Shown here in pieces: positions 8,486 to 16,703 of a stretch of 64,000 nucleotides of DNA. The position numbers and the translations under genes were made by a program. The stretch is taken from positions 42,167-106,166 of the IMG/VR virus record IMGVR_UViG_3300033121_000983, one strand, 5' to 3'. How positions within the stretch are numbered: the stretch's first letter is position 1; each line of letters opens with the position of its first letter. The notes below the pieces were generated by a model. The model was not told the origin of the DNA. It saw nothing but the letters and a program-made list of their open reading frames with translations, and did no database searches. Source of the stretch: a virus (lineage: Duplodnaviria; Caudoviricetes).

Positions 8486-10267
8486 CTAAACACCAGGATA
8501 TTCGATGGCGTCGATAGCGAACTCATAAAATACGGTATTGGGATACGCCGTGGCAACTCCGGCCGCGAGGCTCTCCGGCGATAGGCAGCGCGTCTCCCCG
8601 CCTTTACCGACGATCAGACCTGCCTGGCCCACGGCGCGCTGCTCCAGCACGGTCGTTGGGTCTTTTAACAGCTCTACGGTCGTGAAACAGAAGAAGCGGC
8701 GCTGTGAATCGTCGTCGACATCGGGATCAGGCCAAATTGACGCCGTCAGCCGCACCAGCGAGCCCGATACAAACGGAGCTTCCGTGAGCGGCGTGTGGCG
8801 TAGCACGTGATCGATGCCGTCTGTATCGCGGTAGCCGTACACGCAACCCGGCACATAGCCATCGGGCAGGCCTTGGTGCGACGGACCGCCGTCGAAGTAC
8901 AGCTCGCAGTAATGGTAGTCGCCAGCGTCACCGATGCCGAACATCAGACGCGCGTTACCGACGACGTAGCACACCGTGCTGAACTTGCGATAGTGTGGAA
9001 TGGTCGGCACCGCATACACTGCGGTGACCTCGTCATAATCAGTCGATTCAAGTGTGCTGGCGTTAATAGCCGGCTCACGTGCAAACGGATTAAACGTGCC
9101 GTCATCCCACGCGTTGACCGCCCATGTGCCCGCTAGTGTCCAGTCGTACGGGGTCGCGCTGCCCTCGAAGTATGAACGCGACGGCGTCAATGCACTGCGG
9201 TAAGTCGTGAACTCTGTGACGTCGAAGCGCGGCGCAATCCGCAATCGCGGCGGATCGCAGTCACCCGGGATAGACTCTTCGGGCAGCACGATCGAGCTGA
9301 CTACGCACAGCTCTTCGAGTTCTGACGGCAACCGGCCATCACGACTCGGTAGAGCAGCCGCAGTGCCGCAGGTTTCCGTAAGCGCCAGTGGGCTGTCGAC
9401 CAGCACGCCGACCGCCTCTGCGGAGCTCACAACCTCGCCAGTGTCGTCGAGCACGACTTCTTCCACAATTTCGGCCAACGCGGCAGCACCACGAAACTCA
9501 ATCGTGACAATACCGTCGGCATCTGGGCCAACGCCGGAAATTGTTTCCACCGGTTGCGGATCCGCACAAGTGCCTGACTCCGGCCGCCGCCCGCATGGAC
9601 CTACGTATTTCGCCAGTAAGTTTCGCGATTCCCGTGGGTCGCTTTTCAGTCGCACTACGACGCAGCGCACGGCTCCGGCATCGTCGCAGCGCGTCGTATC
9701 CGAACTCGATGAGAAACCGGTGATTTCGCGGCATGCGCCGACAACCTCGATGTCTGCGCCGCCGCGTAATCGCACCAACCCAGTCAACGAGGCGTTATTG
9801 CCCAGTTTACCGACAGACGGGATGGGCATGTCGCGATAGTCGCGACACACGCGCCGCAACAAGCGCGACTGCGCTGGCGACGTAAACCGTCCGCGATAGT
9901 TCAGTGCATCGCGCAAGGCCGGCCCAAACACCACCCACCCCGCCACGCCTGCTGCCATAGGCGTAACGGCGTACATGCGGCCCGCGGCAGCCGTGCGCGG
10001 CAACGTCAGCGCTGCCAGCGGCACGTAAGTGCTGGCGCTGTCAGGCGCGTCTGCGGCCAGGATCACGATCGATACCAGCTTGTCGGTTAGCGTCAGCCCG
10101 CCGAGAAATGCGTACTCGCCAAGGCTGCGCGGAAAATGCAAACGCGCGTCGATCAGCAGATGCGTTGGGACTGTTGTACCCTCATCGTCGCGACAAGACG
10201 CGAGCTCATCCAGCGGATAATGCCGGCCTGCGTTTTTGTCGTACCAGCCTTGGTTCGTGACTGACAT
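8486..10267 (-). CDS. Tail fibre-like protein, WxxxNxxRxYP paralog family
   Basis: GWYDKNAGRHYPL; VETISGVGPDADGIVTI motif; beta-rich C-terminal region. Confidence 0.65.
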   Translation of the reverse strand: MSVTNQGWYDKNAGRHYPLDELASCRDDEGTTVPTHLLIDARLHFPRSLGEYAFLGGLTLTDKLVSIVILAADAPDSASTYVPLAALTLPRTAAAGRMYAVTPMAAGVAGWVVFGPALRDALNYRGRFTSPAQSRLLRRVCRDYRDMPIPSVGKLGNNASLTGLVRLRGGADIEVVGACREITGFSSSSDTTRCDDAGAVRCVVVRLKSDPRESRNLLAKYVGPCGRRPESGTCADPQPVETISGVGPDADGIVTIEFRGAAALAEIVEEVVLDDTGEVVSSAEAVGVLVDSPLALTETCGTAAALPSRDGRLPSELEELCVVSSIVLPEESIPGDCDPPRLRIAPRFDVTEFTTYRSALTPSRSYFEGSATPYDWTLAGTWAVNAWDDGTFNPFAREPAINASTLESTDYDEVTAVYAVPTIPHYRKFSTVCYVVGNARLMFGIGDAGDYHYCELYFDGGPSHQGLPDGYVPGCVYGYRDTDGIDHVLRHTPLTEAPFVSGSLVRLTASIWPDPDVDDDSQRRFFCFTTVELLKDPTTVLEQRAVGQAGLIVGKGGETRCLSPESLAAGVATAYPNTVFYEFAIDAIEYPGV

Positions 10268-10284
10268 GAGTAGAGTACCATTGG

Positions 10285-11460
10285 TTAAGTGCCAGCGTGC
10301 CGTGCGCGCTCAATGGCTGTGCGCACCGTAGCTGGCTCGACCTGCAGCCAGCTCACCAGTGTATCAAAATTTGCGTCACAGCGCTGAGAGCCCCACAGGT
10401 TCATCAGGCGCAGGTATTTGCGCACCGTGGGAGTAACGCCGCCAGCCGTTTGCATTAACAGCCGTTCCAGTTCCACCCCCGGTCCCGGTTGATTTAGCGG
10501 ATCAATAAGCGAAGCAGGCTCTGTCACCGCCGGCGTAGAGATAAGTAGATCACGAGCCGCCAGCCCGGCGTCTGTGCAGCCGACACGCCCAAGTAACAGA
10601 TCCCACGTAGTCGCAGAGATACGTCCAGGTTGCACGTGCGCGGCTTTGACTCCTGCATATGTCATGTAGGGGTTCGGCTGCAGATCGCGCACGTAGCGCA
10701 AGTAGTTCAAGCCTCGCGAGGTCCAGCGTGCGTCGTACGGCGTACGTACGCCGCGCGCAGTGTCGCCGTGCGGGCGAAAACAGTGATTCCAGCGCCACCA
10801 GGGGATAACCATCACCTTGCGCCGCATTTCTAGGTAACGCAGTGTCAACCAACCCTCGGCCCCGAAGCCCGCTTGTTCTGGATGAAAGCCGAGAAACGTT
10901 GATGTACGTGCTGCGAACAACCCGGCCCCGCTGTGTTGAATCTGCACCGGGCGAGGGCTGTTCATGATGTCTTGCGACACCTGCGATCGGCCAAACAGCC
11001 CGTCACGGCCGAACTCAGGTTTCCAGTGTGTCCAGACCGGCTTGATCTTTCCGTGTTTGTCGACAATCGAGTCGCTCAAACAGACGCCGAAGAACAGCTC
11101 ATCGCCAGCGTTATCGAGCAGGTAATTCACCACACGCGGCAGTTGGTCGTAGTCGTACTGCGTGACGTGCGAATCCATGACGATAGTGATCTCGCCCAGC
11201 GCCTCTTTCATAATCAGATTGCGCGGGGCGCCCGTGCTTGTCGGTTCTTTAAGCGGTAGGTAGCGTCCGAAGTAGTTACTACGCACGCGTTGTTCGATCC
11301 AACCGCCCGCGTAATCGGGCTGATTATCGCAGACCACAAGTTCGACAAGCTCGTTGAGGTTGTTACGGACAATCGCCTTACGCAGGTCGACGAGCGTAGC
11401 CCACAGACCCGTGTAATCTTCGTACGTCGGGATGCCGATAGTTACGCGTGGTTTCGTCAC
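10285..11460 (-). CDS. GT2-family glycosyltransferase with C-terminal helical extension
   Basis: VTIGIPTYED, ELVVCDN, GAPRNLIMKEALGEITIVMDSH, GFHP...GFGAEG. Confidence 0.8.
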   Translation of the reverse strand: MTKPRVTIGIPTYEDYTGLWATLVDLRKAIVRNNLNELVELVVCDNQPDYAGGWIEQRVRSNYFGRYLPLKEPTSTGAPRNLIMKEALGEITIVMDSHVTQYDYDQLPRVVNYLLDNAGDELFFGVCLSDSIVDKHGKIKPVWTHWKPEFGRDGLFGRSQVSQDIMNSPRPVQIQHSGAGLFAARTSTFLGFHPEQAGFGAEGWLTLRYLEMRRKVMVIPWWRWNHCFRPHGDTARGVRTPYDARWTSRGLNYLRYVRDLQPNPYMTYAGVKAAHVQPGRISATTWDLLLGRVGCTDAGLAARDLLISTPAVTEPASLIDPLNQPGPGVELERLLMQTAGGVTPTVRKYLRLMNLWGSQRCDANFDTLVSWLQVEPATVRTAIERARHAGT

Positions 11461-11469
11461 CGTCGTGGC

Positions 11470-12633
11470 CTAGAGCGGGGCGTCGTAAATGCAGATCCCG
11501 CCGCCGTCGCACGAGTTCATGCTGGGAATGATCGTGACGGGCAGCGCATCCCAGTAGACTAAAAATGAGCTACCATCGCAAACCACCACCGCGGCGTGGC
11601 CTGATCCGGCACCGGTCCACTGCACGCCGTCCCAAGTCGCTGCGACAACATCGGCGCCGTTATAGACGTAAATTACCGACCCCGCGTAGCAGCCATGGTC
11701 ACCCGTAGAGCCGCCACCGCCGGTCGAGCCACCGCCACCGCCCGTGGTAGGCGGCATAGTAGAACCGCCGCCACCGGTCGTGGGTGGCATGGTCGTAGGC
11801 GCGATCGTGGTCGAACCGCCGCCCGTAGTGGGCGGCATAGTTGTCGGCGCAATCGTGGTAGAGCCGCCGCCGGTAGTACCAGCACTGGTCGTAGGCGCAG
11901 CTGTCGTCGTAGAACCACCGCCCGTCGTACCTGCGCTGGTGGTCGGCGCGGCTGTTGTAGTAGAACCAGGCCCAGTAGTTCCTGCGCTGGTGGTCGGCGC
12001 GGCTGTTGTCGTGGAGCCTGGGCCAGTCGTGCCCGCGCTTGTCGTAGGTGCGGCGGTTGTACCCATGCTGGTCGGTGGGCATACGCCAGGCCCGCACGCT
12101 GAGCTGACCAACTGCCAGACTTTAGTCATACCAGAGAGTACGACCTTGTAAGTGCAAGTGCCGCAGCAATCGGACGTCGGCGCGGACGTAGTCGTTGGCG
12201 CCGCTGTTGTCGAACCGCCCGTTCCGCCTGTCGGAGGGGACGACGAGCAGTCCTCTGCAGTGGATACCAGCTCAACCGTCGCAGGGATCGTGAGGTCTGG
12301 ATCCGGCGGACTGGTTAGCGCGAACGTGACCGAGTCGCCGTACGTCGATGGCAGCGCACCAGTGTAGCCGTAGGTTGTACTTTTTGAGCAGCCGTCAACG
12401 TCGTTACGCACGGTAAACAGTAGCGTCCACGACCCCATAGATGACGTCAGCGTCATCGTAAGGTACGTGTTGTCGGCATCGAGCTCGGACGTACCGCCGC
12501 AGATGCTGCCGGAATCCGCTAGGTACACCCAGCGACCAGGAATCGGATCACCTGAGCAAAACCCCGGCGTGGCGTTAGCGATGTCGGAAACGTAAACAGC
12601 GTAGCAGCTGCCGAAAATGCACGGTGATGGCAT
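11470..12633 (-). CDS. Cys-rich protein with a mucin-like Thr/Gly/Pro stalk (putative tail fibre/appendage)
   Basis: Cys-rich terminal domains flanking TTAAPTTSAGTTG(P/G)GS and TTIAPTTMPPTTGGGS repeats; no signal peptide. Confidence 0.7.
   Translation of the reverse strand: MPSPCIFGSCYAVYVSDIANATPGFCSGDPIPGRWVYLADSGSICGGTSELDADNTYLTMTLTSSMGSWTLLFTVRNDVDGCSKSTTYGYTGALPSTYGDSVTFALTSPPDPDLTIPATVELVSTAEDCSSSPPTGGTGGSTTAAPTTTSAPTSDCCGTCTYKVVLSGMTKVWQLVSSACGPGVCPPTSMGTTAAPTTSAGTTGPGSTTTAAPTTSAGTTGPGSTTTAAPTTSAGTTGGGSTTTAAPTTSAGTTGGGSTTIAPTTMPPTTGGGSTTIAPTTMPPTTGGGGSTMPPTTGGGGGSTGGGGSTGDHGCYAGSVIYVYNGADVVAATWDGVQWTGAGSGHAAVVVCDGSSFLVYWDALPVTIIPSMNSCDGGGICIYDAPL
11702..12062 (-). repeat. Coding tandem repeat (about 4 x 17 aa plus 2 x 16 aa, Thr-rich)
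   Basis: Protein repeats are near-identical while the DNA copies differ at synonymous sites. Confidence 0.85.
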
Positions 12634-12650
12634 CGCAACCCCCCTCTACG

Positions 12651-15395
12651 CTACGGCGCCACGCAAGTTACCGAGATAGTAGCGGCCGTCGGGCCTGTGT
12701 AGGGGTCGCTGACACCGCCAGCTGGGCCGGCCACGGCGCTGTCAAACGTGTAGGTCCCGACGCAGCTGTTACCGCCCGACTTAACGTACGTGGCGTAGAT
12801 GTAGTAGTACAGCCAACCGGCGCCCTCGGTAAATTGCGCCATGCCGATGGTAACAACAGCTTCCCATGTGCCTGGCGTCGCGCAAGACAATGTACCAGCC
12901 AGCCCGGCCACGGCTCCGCTGTAGTACAGCCTGTCGTCCGGTGCGTCGTACAGTGTGTATAGCCCGGTGCCGACGCCAGCGTAAGCTGCGTAACCGGTTT
13001 CTTCGTCGTCAAACTCGTCTGGTACAGTCACATAAGCCGGACCGTCGCAACACAAACAGCTCTCAGCAGAGGCCCCTGTCGTGGAACCATTCGCGTCTGA
13101 TGTCGTGCTGCCGCCGGTCGTGCCGCCGCCGGTCGTACCGCTACCGGTCGTACTACCGCCGCCAGCCACACATGGGATTTCGATCGTGTCGTCGACCGCA
13201 TACCCCGACGGATCTGGCAGCGCGGTTTCATCGCACGCACATAGCGGCTCGTCGCAGCTCACCTCACTGGCGGCGATATTCGACGGCCAGTCTTCGAGCG
13301 CAATACCGGTGCCGGTGACAGATTCCGCAATCAGCGTATACGAGCCCGCGCATGTTGCCGACGAGTAGATGGCCGTAGACGGACAAAGGTTGAGATCCGT
13401 ATCGGTAATTACGATGCTGAACCGCCACGTACCATCCAGCTCGTGCGAAAGCGTCATCGTCATGTGCGGATCAGCGGCCGCAATTCCTGCGGAACTGCCG
13501 CAGTCGATCGCTAGTTCTTCCGCAGTTAGACGCCCGATGAACGGTCCGCGTGTTTGCGGCAATGCACCGCAGCCTGGGCCGCCGCCGAAGCTCACTTCCG
13601 GGAATAAGAATTCCAAGCAATTAACGACGGTACAAGCTTCGCAAGCAAGCGTACCGGTGGTGCCGGTGGTCCCTGTAGTCCCTGTCGTGCCAGTAGTGCC
13701 GGTAGTGGTGGGTACGATGCCGTCAACGCAGCCGCTCTTGAGTACGACGATCTTCTTTACCGGGCAGTCAATCAGACGATACTGCAGCGACTCTTCTGAC
13801 GGTCCGCTGCCCGGCACGTAGCCCGGCACGGGCGAACCGTCGCCCGCGTCTTCGACAACCGGCAGTTCATAAGCGTCGGCAACCAGGCGCATTTTAGCGC
13901 CGGCTTCGCATTCTGCGTCGTCGATGTCCAGCGAGAATGAAATGTAACCCTGTCCGCGCGCGGGGATGTATGGCAGCATCCCCCAGTAGTGCGGGTAGGT
14001 ACCGTGCATCTTGTAAACTTCGCGCGAAATCGGACGGCGAATCGCGGGGTTGATGTACCCACCGCGGAACACGGAGTTACAGTTAACTGAAACTACGTCT
14101 GCGGTAGACGGGTGCGATGTCGCTGTGATGTTTCCGCAACCACCCTCCTCTACGCTGCCCGCATCTGCACTGGCGGAGTCGTCGTACTCGAAGCTGACGT
14201 GTACAACGACGTTATGCACACAGTCGTCGGACTGGTTACAGTACGCAACGGTCACACCAACTTGGCAAGGACTGTAAGAGGCCGTCGTTACCTGCAGCCG
14301 CGGCGCGTCTTCGCGGCACTGCTTTTGTTCGATAAATCGCTGGCGATTTTCGACGTACAATTCGCGCGTAGCAGTCAACTGCTGCCAAGCGGTGTTCGCG
14401 CGCTCGACCAGGCGTCGCAGCGCTTCATACACCGCTGCGTAGTCTTCGCAGCGACAGTTAGGCCCGCAGTTACCGAACAGGCGCAGCCCCTGCTGTACGC
14501 GAACCTTGCGCGCTTGAGTAACGCTTTCCTCGGCCATTACGCTAACCGTGTCGCGTTCCGCGGTGTAGCAACCGGTCGCGGTGATGCGCAGATCGCGCCG
14601 GGCGTCCGGCGCTACACCGGCGATGCGCCGAATCGCAGGTGCGACATCCGTACAATCTGCTGGCACGCGGCCTTCGCCTTTGCCCGGCGTGAAATCAAGT
14701 TTCAGCGACGTCTGTCGGCGTCGACGCGTCGTTTTGGTTGTTGATGTAATAGAGGTGTTGTAGCCGCTGATCAGTACGACTTGACCAGTCAGCGCGGGCT
14801 GTCCCTGCACGCGAATGCTGCGCATGCGCGGCGGCGTACGACAGTACGAACGAGGATCCAGGTAGGCGTCGACGGGCTCCAGGTAGTTCGGCTGCACGAT
14901 CGGCGTGATGCTGTCCGCCCATGCCGTTGCATGTACGACCTGCAGCGCCCAATCGGGCCCGATCCACTCGCAGATCAGCTGATGCTCAGTCCAAGCACGT
15001 TCGCGGTAGGTGACTGACTCGCCGCCGGTAGAGATAACGACGTTATCGTCGGCGTCGACAATGCAGAGATCCCGATCGTGCGACACTTCCGAATCGTCCG
15101 GCACATCGACGTCGTAACAACCAAACCCATACAGCCACGCCAACCGTAACGGTTCCACGTAAGCTCGCCCATCATCCGCGTAAGTTAGCGCGAGATCGGC
15201 GATCATCGAGTGGACACTGTCCCCAGCGTCCGCAATAAACGGATAAAGCGAACCACCCAGCGGCTGATTCACGCCGATTGGAATGTGACCGTACGGATGC
15301 GACTCGTGCTCGCACGTTACCGGCCCGGTGGCAGCCGCGCTGGCGAAGTATTTCGCCGCAAAGTACTGCCCAGCGTAATAGGGTGGCGTAAACAT
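12651..15395 (-). CDS. Large Cys-rich tail fibre-like protein (914 aa)
   Basis: GGSLYPF and IRRIAGVAPDARRDLRI family motifs, CGPNCRCED followed by a coiled coil, (TTG)n and GGGSTT linkers. Confidence 0.65.
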   Translation of the reverse strand: MFTPPYYAGQYFAAKYFASAAATGPVTCEHESHPYGHIPIGVNQPLGGSLYPFIADAGDSVHSMIADLALTYADDGRAYVEPLRLAWLYGFGCYDVDVPDDSEVSHDRDLCIVDADDNVVISTGGESVTYRERAWTEHQLICEWIGPDWALQVVHATAWADSITPIVQPNYLEPVDAYLDPRSYCRTPPRMRSIRVQGQPALTGQVVLISGYNTSITSTTKTTRRRRQTSLKLDFTPGKGEGRVPADCTDVAPAIRRIAGVAPDARRDLRITATGCYTAERDTVSVMAEESVTQARKVRVQQGLRLFGNCGPNCRCEDYAAVYEALRRLVERANTAWQQLTATRELYVENRQRFIEQKQCREDAPRLQVTTASYSPCQVGVTVAYCNQSDDCVHNVVVHVSFEYDDSASADAGSVEEGGCGNITATSHPSTADVVSVNCNSVFRGGYINPAIRRPISREVYKMHGTYPHYWGMLPYIPARGQGYISFSLDIDDAECEAGAKMRLVADAYELPVVEDAGDGSPVPGYVPGSGPSEESLQYRLIDCPVKKIVVLKSGCVDGIVPTTTGTTGTTGTTGTTGTTGTLACEACTVVNCLEFLFPEVSFGGGPGCGALPQTRGPFIGRLTAEELAIDCGSSAGIAAADPHMTMTLSHELDGTWRFSIVITDTDLNLCPSTAIYSSATCAGSYTLIAESVTGTGIALEDWPSNIAASEVSCDEPLCACDETALPDPSGYAVDDTIEIPCVAGGGSTTGSGTTGGGTTGGSTTSDANGSTTGASAESCLCCDGPAYVTVPDEFDDEETGYAAYAGVGTGLYTLYDAPDDRLYYSGAVAGLAGTLSCATPGTWEAVVTIGMAQFTEGAGWLYYYIYATYVKSGGNSCVGTYTFDSAVAGPAGGVSDPYTGPTAATISVTCVAP

Positions 15396-15398
15396 GGG

Positions 15399-16700
15399 TT
15401 ATCCGCAGACCGTAATCGTAACGGAACCCGGCCAGCTGCGCGTACCAGTGCTGGCGCTTAACAGCAGCGACGTCGGCAAAGCGCTACCTGGCGTAGTCGC
15501 GTACGTCGCGGTATCGCCGTTCGCCGCCAGCACCTGAAGTGTGCCTAACTCGACGTCGTAGATCGCACTCGCATAGCTGGCGCCAGTACCGACAAAGTCG
15601 GCGCCGTCGCCGTACATGTCGATGGTTTCGGCTGCGTAGATAGAATCGTCGGTGTCGGACATCTCCGGCAACACCAGTCGGCCGCACATCGGTGCCATCA
15701 TCGGCAGCGGCCCGCCTGACTCAGCCGTCGTTGCGGCTACTGTCGTACCCGTTAGTTCGGTTCCGCAATCGAAACATGGCCGATCACCGAGGCGACTGGC
15801 CAACACGCTCTGACCCATCTGTTCGGTGCGTTGAGATAGCTGCTGACTCAGCTGTTCGAGCGCCGCGACTTGTACGCGATAACGTTCAAGCTCGCGCGTA
15901 ATTACCGCGAGTTCACTGCAGCCGCAGCACGGTTTTGAGCACTTATCGACTAGCTGTAACCCGCCGGCAACCGGTACCAGCTCCAGGCACTCACTACCGA
16001 TCAGCGGGAAGTTGCCCGAAGTGTCCGGCCCGAGACCGTTGACAGTGAGGATAGAGGGTCCCAGGGTTGCGTCATCGTCACAGTCACAGGGTTCGTTCAA
16101 GTTCTCGCCGGCCACGGCAGAGACTGTAATCTGATTGCCCGACTGCGTTAGCCGAACGTTAGGCCCTTCCACGAGTACGATGTCACCGTAAATCGGTGCG
16201 CTGATGTCAGAACCTGACTGCAGTCGCAGCCCGCCGACGCCGCGCAGCACGGGACGGATGCAGTCGGGTTCGAGCCGTCCGCCTTCGACGTCGAATGTGA
16301 ACCGACCGACTGGCTGCGCATCGAGTCCCGACAGCGAGCCGATCACTAGGTGCCCGGCTAGATCGTAGAACTGCCCGATACCGTTAATGCCGTAGACTTG
16401 GTTACGCGTGAAACTCGCACGCGCGATAGCCGTACCCGCGGCGTCAAGCACGCCGTCGTCTGGGTCGTCGTAACCAACGATCAAGCTGATACCGACGCCA
16501 GAGATATCGATCGTACGCAAAAAGAACCGACTAGGTTCAATGTCGGCTGCCAGCGGCACGGCTAAGTAAAGCGAGACGAGAAAATCCGGCGGCAACTCAA
16601 ATTCATCGGTCGTGTCGCGTGCGCTGGCGTCGCGCGTCAGCGGATAAGACCGCGACGCGTTGTGATCGAGCCACTCGAGGTTTTGGTAGAGGTTCGACAC
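15399..16700 (-). CDS. Tail fibre-like protein, WxxxNxxRxYP paralog family
   Basis: LEWLDHNASRSYPL; ILTVNGLGPDTSGNFPL; CSKPCCGCSEL followed by a coiled coil. Confidence 0.65.
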   Translation of the reverse strand: MSNLYQNLEWLDHNASRSYPLTRDASARDTTDEFELPPDFLVSLYLAVPLAADIEPSRFFLRTIDISGVGISLIVGYDDPDDGVLDAAGTAIARASFTRNQVYGINGIGQFYDLAGHLVIGSLSGLDAQPVGRFTFDVEGGRLEPDCIRPVLRGVGGLRLQSGSDISAPIYGDIVLVEGPNVRLTQSGNQITVSAVAGENLNEPCDCDDDATLGPSILTVNGLGPDTSGNFPLIGSECLELVPVAGGLQLVDKCSKPCCGCSELAVITRELERYRVQVAALEQLSQQLSQRTEQMGQSVLASRLGDRPCFDCGTELTGTTVAATTAESGGPLPMMAPMCGRLVLPEMSDTDDSIYAAETIDMYGDGADFVGTGASYASAIYDVELGTLQVLAANGDTATYATTPGSALPTSLLLSASTGTRSWPGSVTITVCG

Positions 16701-16703
16701 GAA

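Noticed and set aside
11702-12062. CRISPR array or DNA-level VNTR
   Set aside because: The repeats are in-frame, synonymously diverged and lack unique spacers.
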